A DNA stretch of 64,000 nt from Bugula neritina (taxonomy: Eukaryota; Animalia; Bryozoa): the NCBI GenBank assembly GCA_964035545.1, contig OZ037765.1:10612698-10676697 (forward strand). Reading direction: 5' to 3'. Positions 52,352-64,000 of the stretch are shown in pieces. The notes beneath the pieces were generated by a model. The model was not told where the DNA came from. It made no database searches and saw nothing but the letters and a program-made list of their open reading frames with translations. Both the position numbers and the translations under genes were made by a program. Numbering within the stretch: position 1 is the first letter of the stretch; every line of letters starts with the position of its first letter.

Positions 52352-55300
52352 TCAGTCACTGGCTTTAGAATTAGAATCTATCAGAGGGTCAGAAGATTCA
52401 AGTTTAGAAGAGTTTAGTGTGAGATGGTGGTCTGCTATTAGTTTGGCACCATTAATTCCTTTCACAGAAACTCTGCTAGGTTTCACCATAACTCCATAAT
52501 TTGGTTTACATGTAAAGTACTTATGTCCCTGAACACTGCCATCATTTTTACCAGAAGCAGATTTCAATTCTAGGCCAAGCCAGCAACCATCGGAAAATTC
52601 TACCGCTCCAATGTATCGAACGACAGCTGAAAAAATGAAAGATCACTTAGTTTCAGCTTTTAATTGAGCCAGGGCTAATGTACATATATAATTCTTGGTG
52701 CAAATAGGCAGTGTATGTGATGCAAGAACATGTGGCAAGTAAATACCAGAAAGGAAAAAATACAGCCATGTCTTTACCTTGACTCTTCAAACTAGAAAAT
52801 ATTTAGATGCAAATCTTGCCAATAGATATTAGACTTCAGCGTAGGGCCACACAATGCGTTTTACACGCCCGTGACGTGCGAGAAAACCCGTTTAGCCCAA
52901 AAATGGGACGTTGTGTGCGGGATTTTCATGCGTCTAACATGCTGAGCGAGAAGTGCAGGAAGCTCGTGCGTGTTTGATCTAATTGGCTTATTATCATTTA
53001 GCGAGCACACTTTTTTATTTTAATTCACGTTTCAGCTTTTAGCGAACTGAGTTAAAAAAGTTTTATATAATTTGCATTTCCGCTTTTATAATATCTAAAG
53101 TCACTTTGCCGATGACGTAGTTTTATAAACAAACGTCTGTAGGCGAGCAGTAAATTTTAACGCTAACATCATTAGCTAATATATTTTCGCACTCACAACA
53201 CACGCATTGTGTGTGGCAGGTCTATATGGGTACGGGTTTTCTCGCACGCCACGAGCGTGTAAAACGTGTCATGTGGCCCTACGCTTAGAGGATCACACCT
53301 ACCCATATCATTATTAAATAACACAGTCATTCCCTCTTCCAGTTTATATTCAGAAGATGCCTGTGTTTTCCTATTGGTACGTTTTACTCGAGATAAGGAA
53401 CTAGACCTTGACCTAGTATGCTTTGGCGTGGAGGTTCCAGATGCACCATCATTGAAAGAACTATTTAGACTTCCTATACTGCTACTAGCACTTCGATGAC
53501 CACCTAAAAACAGTGAGGGAACTCTAGCCTATCTTAGTACAAATGCTTTTTCTGCTCTCATTATATCAAGATTTTGTAATAAAAATGAACTTGGGTTGTA
53601 ACAATTGATATTAGAACAGAAGCAAACTTAGATTAAGAGTTAATAATGAATAAAAGTATAAGTTAAAGCAATTTTTATAAAATTATTGACAACGTGATGT
53701 CAAATGCAAATATTATTATAACAGACGAGACAATTGATTAAAATAAAAAATATATTAAAAAATAGGAGTTATGAGAACCAGGCAAGCAACATTTACCAAG
53801 AATGTACAATCACACTGACTGCAGATTTCATTAACTCAGCTTTTTGTCTCTAAGTATTATAGCTTTTCCAAACACATATCTATTTATATACATTTTTAAA
53901 TTTCAAAACTCTAAAAAAACATGTTAAAAAACAAGTGACTAGTACTAGCTGGTCTATATAGAGCTAGAGTTGGTCTATATAGAGCTAGAGTTGGTCTATA
54001 TAGAACTAGAGTTGGTGGTAGGACATAGATTCAAATTAGGAACCACACTTTTCCTCAAAAGGCAAAGAAGTAATAAACTCAATAAAAGTTACAGGTAGTA
54101 CTTACATTTATTCTTTTTACCTAAATACAACGAATTCAACAAAGCAATTTAGCGCATACCATTTTATATACATTACATTTTCTTTCAGTTTATGCTTCTG
54201 TTGAAAACAAACATCTTATCCAGATTTCAAATGTATTAAAAACATGTATTTACTGAAATGTAAAGCAATCTTACTAAAAGTTACGTTATATGATGTAAAC
54301 TCAGTATTCCTGAGCCTCACTAATTTGGCCCATCTCTCAGCATTCTATCCAGTTCCACACCATCATACACACCAATAGAGTGAATTATTGATAAAGTCTA
54401 GAAAAATATGCTAATCTTTTGCGTACATGTAAAAATGTCGCAACGTACTAAACACATTTTTTTAATTATAAACTCAGAATGTCAAGAATCAAGATCAGCT
54501 AGCTAATGTTTAATGCAAGATTGGCTAGAATGAACTTACCAGACATGCGTTTAACTCTGAGAGTCCAAGAAGTATCCTGGTTTAGAGAATTCAGTGAGTT
54601 GAGAGAATCAGTTGAACCGGTTCTAGTTAGCAAAGCTCTAAATATGAATATTAATATATTATCAATCTGCACTTTACATACACATTTTAAAATATAATAA
54701 ATTAAAGCATTCAAGTAAATACAAACACAACTCAAACAGATTGCTGTCAAACTGATATTTATATGATAACTACTCGATATAATTATTAAGTTTTTGTAAA
54801 TAATAAATAAGCAGCTAGTAAATTTTTGATGTTATGCAACTATACTAAAATTGCTAGCAATTTTAAGTGGTAAGTTAAACTTGAGTTTTATTCCGCTAAA
54901 CTGTATTTGCAGTAGCTATGAGAGAGCTGATTATTCATGCTTTATTACCAAAGTCAACTCTAACTGCAAGTTAGTAGTACTTAAAGGTGTAGCTTTGTAG
55001 TTTAGTCCAACAGCTGCTTTGTAAAAAATATTATTCTATGATAACAAGACTGTAAGATGCATGACAGAAATTATTCAGCTATAATTAGGCTGCAATGCAG
55101 GTTAATATAACAACTATTGGTTGAATAACAACAGCAACTGGTTCCAATACTAAAACAGCCTGTGCATATATAAAATGCATACCGTTTCAGCTTTCCAATA
55201 GTAACAAACACACCGTGCTTGGGTTTACATGCAAAGTACCTCTCTCCAGCTATAGAGCCGTCATTCTTACCAATAGGTCGGTCCAACTCAACTCCATACC

Positions 55301-58300
55301 ACACACCTTCAAAATACGATCACTATACAAGCATGCTAATCATGTTTCAGCAGTTCTTATGTGGTGGAAAGATATTATAAGTATAGGACTGACCAGGAGC
55401 AAATTTAGTTTCTCCGATAAATCTGATCGTGCCTTTTTTAAATCCAGCAGCCACAACACGATCTCCTTCAACAAATCTGATAGTTTCACCAACATCAGAG
55501 CAGATGGAGTTGGACCTAGACACACCTATCAACATAATTGCCAAAAATTAACTTACGCACAAAATAGTGCATCAATTAAATCTTATTTGCAGCAATTTTC
55601 CCTCAACCAAACCTGTAAATAAAGCCCGTCACCTAGCAAATCAAAAAGACAGATTTCTGCAAAAAGTAATGCGAATAGCTGCAAGAAGGCAGTAGATATT
55701 ATTGACAGGTTGCTGCTTATTGTCACCTACGCAGGTGCTGAATAATCGCAGCACTGAGCTACAGCTAATGGTACTACTGGTTGATTCGTAGCATTAAATA
55801 TGCACACCATGTATATGATTAGAAACGTTCAAGCCCCGCTACCTTGTCTAGAACTGCCACTTCATATGTAAATTATCTCAAAAACGTTTAAAATCATGAC
55901 AACTTTTTCATTATAGTCAACGATTCATTCTTGAATAATTAAAAAAGCCTTGGAAATTTTATCCTGAAATAGCCAATACAAAACATCCAAATTATCAATG
56001 AGTAATTTGCATATGAAGAGACGGTATAAAAGCTAAGCAATGTTTATTGACTATAAATAAATATTATATATAAGTTCTTTGGTTAATTCATATGCAAACT
56101 GTGCTTCCCAATTTGATGTTTAAAACCTGATACATACGAGCTGCACAGAGCGGTTTACTAATAACCGAACGTCTTCCTGTAAATATTGTTGGTAAAATCA
56201 GACTTCACAACATTCATGTACAAACAACTCCAAAAATAGTTCATTAAAACACCAGTCACAGGATAATTGCACAAAACTTACTTACTAGAAAGTGCCATAA
56301 TAGATGTACGTATACATTACATCAGCAGTAGGAATACAATATAAAATATCATACGATTTTAGCAACACTTAAAATTTAGTCTTAAACAAAATAGCCACGA
56401 ATAAAAATAATTTCCAATAGACATATGAAAAAATTTTTAGTTTATTTAGTTACTGCGAAACACTTTTCAAGCAAATAAGTTATAATTAGTAGATTCTAAA
56501 AATATTTCATTTCTAATAACAAGTAATAATTATAAATAATCTTAGAAACTCGAGATAGACATGATGCACCAATACAAACCTGTGTTTATCTTTGAAACTA
56601 CATTTGAGAGGTCCAACTTCTTATGGTCCACGTCAATAGAGCTCCGACGAGCGTGAGGGCGAGGTTTAGCACCAGGTTTTGATATCTTAATAACTGGCGT
56701 GAAAATACCTAAGAAAAAAAAATTAAAACAATTGATTATTTGATTGCTACATGAAAATATTCACACAACTCGAAAAATTGGAAATTCAGTCACTACCTCT
56801 GAATGATGGACACTTGAAGTACGAAATTCCATCAACACTTCCATCATTTTTTCCATCTGCTCCTGGCAACTCAACACCAGCCCACACACCACCAGCAAAC
56901 TCCACTCTTCCACAGAACATGAGTCTACCTTGCTGAAAATAATCTTACTAATTGAGATGCCTGAACATATATGCTAATAGTACCATATAAGCAGAATACA
57001 ACCCTACCACTGTTAAATTTTTTGGAAATTTAATTTTACATTTTCAAAAATATTTTTTTAAAAATTATCAATTATAGTGATAGAACTCCTATTGAAACTC
57101 AACTTACAAAAGCACGAGTGTGCAAGTAATGCAATTATTCACATAGTATTGTCAGAGAAAAGTATGCAATGCGCCGAATCTACATACCCTCTCATCATCT
57201 ATCATGACCTGATCTCCAATGGCTACTCCCATAGCAAGAAGTAAGGCTTTGCCGTGTACATCATCGTAGTTGGGAACAGACACGTTCTCTTTCTCCTCGT
57301 AAGACTGCAGCAACTTCCTCATACGTCGCACAGCCAATGAATGAGCAGAGTCGGGTTCATTCACATCTTCCTCTGGTATCAGTTCTACCAGCACACGCAA
57401 GCATTGGAAATCAAAAAATGTTTAAAAACAAGCCATTATATAAATCGACAAAAATAAACAAAAAATTCTTAGTAAAAATAGTAAACGAACTTATAGCACA
57501 TTATTTGTTATGTCAGCTATAAAATCTGTTCAAAGTAGTAGAGGCATAATGCTCAAGTGTAACTCAGTAACTCAGTAACTCAGCTGACCTGCTAAATGCT
57601 TACTGAATGCTAGTGGCTCATCAACACACATCTATGCGAGTACATACATAAAAAATTGAAAGTTTCAAATTTATATATATTGCAAAAATATGAAACATTT
57701 AATGTCACAATATTAATTAACTCATCTTGTCCAATAAATCAAGTTTTTCTTTTTTCTATATCACCCATCATATTGAAGCATTTTAACACAGCTGCAAAAG
57801 TTTCTATCTAAATAAAATATTTTCAAATAGAGCCACTCACTAAATCTCTCTACACACGAGGTTATTTTTACTTACTGCCTAATCAGTTAATTCTCAAATA
57901 ATTTGGAAAAAATTGAAATTAATGAATGGTCATTCATAAAAATCGACTTCGTCCATTCGATTAGAATGCAAGAAACTCAGAGAGCTATTCATTGTTTACC
58001 AATAAACTAATTACTGACCTTTTGGGCACAACCCGGAACTATTTTTGAAACCAACATTTGCTCCTTTATCAAGAAGTATCTTAGCAGCATCATAGGACAT
58101 GTTCATACATGCAATATGAAGGGCCGACCCACCATCAAAACCTTCACACCCATAATTTATGTCGAATCCTAAAAAGAACACATGTTACTTATTCATCAAT
58201 GCATATTATATTGCTTCCGAAGAAAATTTAAATATATAATTGATTTGAAAACACATGCCCAAAAATTAGTACATATATATTTATAACCAGGTTATGCTTA

Positions 58301-59697
58301 AGCCCTAATGCTGGAACTATTAGAAAAATTTGCCACACTGTACCTAATTTATGCAGGCCAAAGAAGTTGTATTAAACTACTAATTAATAGTCTACTCTTT
58401 ATTACATAAATTTCTTTATTTTTTCTGTTATGGGTATAATATTTATGGTTATTCATACATCTTCATGGAAAAAGCATGAAAATTTAGGCTTTTACTATCA
58501 TAAATATTTCATAATAAATTAAATATCATCAGTTTTCAATTTGGTGCAAAAGGAAAATACATAAAATACTCAAAACTCAGGCGATTTGAAGCCAATCTGT
58601 GCCAATGTTATACTTATTACTAGTATTAACAAATCCTAATCAGTACCAGTAATATAAGGTGCAGAGCCTTCATACTGCAGAGAAGAATGACAGTATAGCA
58701 AACACAATGTAATGAAGGCATGTGTTACAAAGTACAAGATGCAGAGCTTTCATACTGCAGAAAGTATAGCAAACACAATGTAATAAAGGCATGTGCTACA
58801 AAATACAAGATGCAGAGCCTTCATACTGCAGAAAGTATAGCAACTAGCAAGGATAATGTAAATAAGATATGTTACATAAGCTTTGGTAAGCGATACCTAA
58901 AGGAGTGTTGTGAGACAGAAGAGAGTTAATAACTGCAGGCACGTTGTAGAATGCTCCGTAATGGATAGCCATCATTGCCATCCACAGATCTCTAATGTAA
59001 ACACTTGCATTTTTTTCTAGCAAATACTGTATACAGGTAATTGCCATTTCACTGTTTCCTACATTCTTAGAGCCACATCGAGCAGCAAAATGCAACAATG
59101 TGAATCCAGAGACTGAATCATAATCATTAACCCCACAGCCAATGGAAATCAACTGCAATACATAAGAATATTCTACAATTGAGACAAAAATGTATGTACA
59201 AAAATAAAAAGGCATATTTTAATATTCAGAGTTTACAATAACCATCACTAAAATAAAAAATTAAAAGAAAATACACGTGTACAACAGTTATTTACCTTTT
59301 CAATGTAGAAGATCATGTTGCTTTGAATTGAAGGTGACCATTGGCGTATTATTGCAAACACTTGAGGAATGCTAGCAGTTTCAAAACATTTCGAACACTC
59401 TTGACAAGATAAAGTAAAATATCTATTATTATGATTTGTTGAACACTGTGAGCAATATGGTGGATCTGAAGCAGCATGAAAAGCTGGTTCAACAAATGTC
59501 AGCATACTACTGTAATCAACTGAATCACTTTGTTCGGCACACACACTTTCGGTTTCTTTAGTACCATTATTGTTATATCTATTATGTTCACAAGACTCAG
59601 ATTCTGAAGGACCGTCTAATTTTAGTTCAAGTACATCAAAAGTGTCATCCATTAAGCAGTTTGTTGAGCTCGTAGAAGCTATCGTCAAACCAGACAT
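52352..59697 (-). CDS. CLIP4: CAP-Gly domain-containing linker protein (CLIP3/CLIP4 family): ankyrin repeats plus 3 CAP-Gly domains
   Basis: Exons ~59697-59296, 59152-58897, 58168-58019, 57384-57188, 56932-56797, 56708-56580, 55525-55394, 55306-55183, ~54635-54539, ~53504-53303 and 52626-52352. Ankyrin repeats: [27 protein letters not shown]. Three CAP-Gly domains each retain GKNDG; three domains favours CLIP4 over CLIP3. Confidence 0.88.
52839..53284. mobile_element. 446-bp MITE with ~53-bp TIRs, PIF/Harbinger-like
   Basis: gcgtagggccacacaatgcgttttacacgcccgtgacgtgcgagaaaacccgt matches the reverse complement of the right end, gcgtagggccacatgacacgttttacacgctcgtggcgtgcgagaaaacccgt. The flanks are TCA and TTA (TWA-type TSD with one mismatch). 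Confidence 0.88.
53950..54014. repeat. 21-bp tandem repeat x3
   Basis: ggtctatatagagctagagtt repeated. Confidence 0.9.
58658..58843. repeat. ~71-bp tandem duplication, ~2.5 copies
   Basis: tgcagagcYttcatactgcaga..agtatagcaa recurs three times. Confidence 0.9.
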
Positions 59698-60099
59698 TGT
59701 ATCTGAAAGAAGAACAGTTGATAAAGTGGTAATATGGTGTATGCTACCATAAAACTTTTAATCACATTTGCAATTGCAATAATGACAATTGTTGAAACTC
59801 AATAGTATCATCGTTCAAGCATATTCAAGCAACAAATTCTATCATTGCAAAAAAGGATTGACGGACAGATTTGTTGCAGAGAAGGTAAATTTTGGTAGAA
59901 AAATAAAATTTACTACACATTTGACTTTGTTTATAAAATTATTAAATACTCTCATAATTTAGATAAACTAATTATTTCTTGTCTCCATCAGAAAAATAGT
60001 GAGACTGTAAATTCAAAAAATAAAACATCCTAACGTGAATGACAATCTTCACTCAGAAAACTTTTCATCATGATATCCATATTGATCATCTATGATGTT

Positions 60100-61170
60100 T
60101 AAATGGTATTGAATAATCATAATCATGATACCCTTACAAAAAGCCCTGCCCCTTGGTAAGGGGCTAAGGCAGTAAGTTATTGCTTTCACCTTTTAGCCTT
60201 TAGATTTATCCTACACAACACAAATTCAAATTTTAGTTGCGCATACTGATAGTGATACTCCAAGTAGTAAAGTATATTCACATTGATTCTGAATTACTGA
60301 CTTTGAATGTGACATTCACTTTTAGCTCAAAATAAAAATTAATAAATAATAATTAGTTATTATAATCATTGATATTTAATGTTATAATATTATTAATAAT
60401 AATAATATTAATAATTATAATCATAATTTTTAAAGTTTTAAAAAGTAATCAGAACCTTTTGTAACGGTCACAGTATGCATTTGTAAGTTGCCAAAAATAT
60501 GTTCAGTTTTTATGGTTCATATATTCAATTTTATAATCACAATGATACTGATCTAATCATAATGATATTATTAAATGTGATAATTTAATAACAATAATCA
60601 TAATGGTAGTTACCAAGCAAAGCTTGGTAGCTAAATCCTGTATTTGAACAATACGGCTTCACGCCTCTAGTACGTATATAAAATATTTTATAAATCGTTT
60701 TGCTGCTGGTAAAGAATACTGGTTACACAAAAACTACACGAGCAAGGTATATATTTGGGCCGTTAAAATATTTAGCCTCTTATTCTTAGATCTGCAATCG
60801 AATAAAAAACAGAATGAAAATAATACTTGCAGCCGTCTTTCAATCTTAATAATATTATGTCGCACAGGTTTAAAAGTAACTCCCAAAGATGGATTGTTCA
60901 ATGCGCTTATCCTAATCAACTTTCACCAAATCCAATGCATCAGCATGTTTATATTCATATTGATATCGACTTTATTATTACTATGACTATAAATTTACAA
61001 CTAAGAGCAATATTATTAAACTAAGTATTTAATAATGATTTGCACTGTTCAAGTTCATCTTACACGGTTACATTCACGTGGACTTTGAGTTTTGCTTTAG
61101 CCTTTGCTTTAGGCTTTAAGTTTAAGTTTAGAGATTTAATTTATTTTTAATAAATATAATAATATGAGTT
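60100..61170. repeat. Cryptic 3/6-nt periodic block
   Basis: For example tttgag ttttgc tttagc ctttgc tttagg and aatcat aatgat attatt. Confidence 0.7.
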
Positions 61171-62435
61171 ATTACCTTTGAAGACATAGAACACTTGGAA
61201 ATACTCAGGGTTATAGAAGTGCCATATTTGTTTCACGGTGTGGACTAACGGTTAGGTGGTAGTTGTGTTGATTTTTTTATTTTCTCTTATATAGACCCTC
61301 TGGTGTTTCTAACGGTCCTTGGTAATGGTATAAAAAAAAACTATAGTAGTATAGTATTAGTATACTTGTAAGTTTGCATATAATGATGTATAGATGTTAG
61401 TTCACTGCGAGCAGCAGACCTAGTGGTTATTGCCATATTTTCGCGATCTCGTGGGATTGCATTGTATGCCATTGCCAATATTGAGTGTTCTTCCTGCAAA
61501 ATTTTCATGAGGAGATTGAGTTGGTTAGTCCTGTGCCTCTGTTTGAGAGGCTGAAGGCCAAGCTGAAAGCATGCCTCAGTGAAACTTTCTCGTCCCTTTA
61601 ATCCAGCAATAAACCTCACCGCCCTGTGCTAAAACATTTCCGGAGACTCAGTGTCTAGCTAATGTTGGATCCCACACGGTATCTGCGTACTCGAGAATGG
61701 GACAGCACAGATTAGTGTAGGCCAGTAGCTTACCTCTTCTGGCGGCCTCATGTAGAACGTGTTTAATTGCTCCCAGAATTTTTGAGGCCTTATCCTTTTT
61801 AAGTGTAATATGCTGATCAAATTTAAGGTTTGATTGCATTACAACCCCCAGGTATGTTGTTGTGTCTACCAATCCATCTCTACCTCTCTTAGCTTGTACA
61901 GAGGTCTGTAATTTTGATCGCCAAACGCTATGATTTTACATTTATCTTCGTTGAAAGGCATTTTCCAATCAACTGACCATTTGTGTTGCCCTGGAATCTT
62001 ACAGCGTCTTCCTTTGTGTTAACAGCCTGATACAGTGGCTTATCATCAGCATAAAGGCTCACACTGCAGTTTAATTTTAGTGGGAGATCATAAATGTATG
62101 TTAAAAATAGTGTTGGACCTAGGACTGAACGTTGTGGAACCCCTGAGGTCACTTCTAACTCTGAGGAAAATATTCCTTCAATATCTACTTTTTGTTTTCT
62201 ATGTGTCAAAAAATCTTGAATCCAGTTTACCAGTTGTGGATGTATTTCTGGTATTAGTTTCAATTTTTGCATTAGTAAAGCATGAGGCACCTTCTCAAAA
62301 GCCTTCTTGAAATCAAGTACCACAGCATGTGTCATTTTATTGTTCCCTTAGTTTTTGCTAGTTCCTGGTATGTGGCGCAGAGCTGCGTTTTACAAGACAT
62401 CCCTCTACTAAGTTCTGAATCCATGTTGTCTATTA
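61170..62435 (-). mobile_element. 5'-truncated, decayed CR1-type LINE related to the 3.9-6.9 kb copy
   Basis: NRQHGFR, HAVVLDFKKAFEKVPH, SGVPQRSVLGP, YADD, YLGVVMQSNLKFDQHI and LLAYTNLCCPILEYADTVWDP closely parallel the other copy. Frameshifted. Confidence 0.92.
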
Positions 62436-62960
62436 ATAATAAAATATTGTTATTATTATTATTGAATTTGAAATTAATAATTTAAATTATAAAATATGTA
62501 TAGTAATAATAATAATTTTAGTATAAAACATAATAATACATGTATGTTATACTTATTATTATATTTTGATTTATCATAACAATCATTTGATTTTATTAAT
62601 TTTAAATAAAATATTATTTTTACTGTTTAAATTTATAATAAAATTAAATATAATTCGTAATAATTAGTAATTTAATGTTCATAAAGTTATAGTTTTGCTT
62701 TGTATTACGTGTAGTTATAATATTAGTTATAACTATTGCTCTATAAGTTTTACTCTTACTAATAGTAATAGAGATAGAGCAATGATTAACTTTAAAGGTT
62801 ACTGATTAGTCTAGCTCTTAGTTCAAAATTAGCGTTAACAGTAATTGTAAGTGTAAACTGTAAGTGTAACTTCTTTTGCCTTAGAGTTTATACTTTTAGT
62901 TATAGGTGTCATACTAATAATTTTACAGGTTGTAATACTGTTAATTTTTGTTTAGTTCTA
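62435..62960. repeat. Cryptic 3/6-nt periodic block upstream of INTS10
   Basis: agttat aatatt agttat aactat; attgta agtgta aactgta agtgta. Confidence 0.7.
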
Positions 62961-63081
62961 AAGGAAGCAAAGATGTTATGATTATCAAGTCAAACTAGTT
63001 AAGCAGTAGCACCGTTATATCCGAATCCAAATATCTAGCCTAATGATTACCAGTATGATTATGTTTGATAGAATGATAGCA

Positions 63082-63466
63082 ATGTCAGGATCTGACGAGC
63101 AAGAGTTTATAGAATGGATAAAAAGTAAAGCTGAGTCTGTTAAAGAAGCGAACATATATGAGTCGAAATCATGGCTTCTGACAGGGACTAGTATTTTTCC
63201 AAATAACATTTCTTTGAAGGTAAGTGCCTTCATAATTTTGTTATTGCATATAACTTATTATGTTATGCAGCATATGTGACAGCTATTACATATAGTCTGA
63301 GAAAAATGCATGCGGAATATTGGTGAAGTTGTTACATAGGCTAGTTCTTTATAGTATTTCTGTTTGACAATTTTTGTGTGTTTTCAATTTGTTTGTAGAT
63401 GGTGTCTTATATGACTTCAAAACAAGACAGGAATGTTGCCTTATCATCAATCACTTTGACATCAAT
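63082..63466 (+). CDS. INTS10: Integrator complex subunit 10, first two coding exons (63082-63219, 63399-63466); gene continues beyond the window
   Basis: MSGSDEQEFIEWIKSKAESVKEANIYESKSWLLTGTSIFPNNISLK resembles the INTS10 N-terminus (EFL..A......W.AK.WL.TA...YP..F.IQ). Donor AAG|gtaagt; the next exon is open in frame. Confidence 0.75.
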
Positions 63467-64000
63467 GTGCGTAAAACTTGATTTAGTTGAATTTTGGAAG
63501 GATGTATTCTGGCATATTTGAGCTCTGTTGCTTACTTAATACCACAGGTTTATGCTGCCAGGGCTATACATAGTAAAAGGCTTAAATACTGTCATTGACT
63601 TTTCACTTGTAAATAACTCTAGTGAGACGATTTTACTTTTTTTTTCAAATCGTGAAACTGAAAATTAGCAAAGTTTTTATTTTTCATTTAAAGTAGATTG
63701 AGTATATAGGTGTTTATAGTTTATACACAAAACCTGGCATCTACTAGTATAATTCCTAATCTCTTACCAAGTATCTTGTGTAATAATTCATAGTGTGAAA
63801 ATGAAACTGGTTGATAGACTCATTACTTTACAATCTCAATAGTAAACTTATCAAAGTTTTTATTATGTTTTTTTATCTAATTAGCTCGACTCTCTTCTAA
63901 AAATCTTTTTCTTGAAAAGCTGCTTTTGATTGCAAATTTTATCATAAGTTGGTAGAATTAACACGCTTTTATTTTGTATGCATTCTTGAAGGCTTGATGC

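Noticed and set aside
55613-55632. 20-nt CLIP4 microexon candidate (tttgctag|..|gtttgg)
   Set aside because: It shifts the frame alone, and gives a TGA when combined with the 28-nt candidate at 55731-55758.

Overview
AT-rich, intron-containing animal genomic DNA, probably an invertebrate; the species cannot be determined from the sequence. I assembled five spliced genes by hand from GT-AG sites and reading-frame continuity, and they alternate strictly in strand: SETD9 (+), LTV1 (-), a ~39-exon DOCK-C family GEF (DOCK7-like, +), an ankyrin plus 3x CAP-Gly protein (CLIP4-like, -), and the first two coding exons of INTS10 (+, running off the window). A possible sixth gene runs off the left edge (-). 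Mobile DNA comprises a decayed RTE LINE, two decayed CR1-type LINEs (one with a PHD-finger ORF1), a 2.8-kb TIR element with a 4-bp TSD, two MITEs, and three copies of a tRNA-headed V-SINE-like element; several minisatellites are also present. The most unusual signal is cryptic 3/6-nt periodic DNA whose hexamer consensus drifts along the sequence. It fills the head-to-head (promoter-side) spacers, SETD9 intron 1 and the putative first intron inside the TIR element. By eye it is absent from the two tail-to-tail spacers and from most internal introns. Other leads are unannotated-looking alternative exons in DOCK7 and CLIP4, and tandem arrays anchored exactly on splice sites. Gene identities come from recalled family motifs, not database searches.
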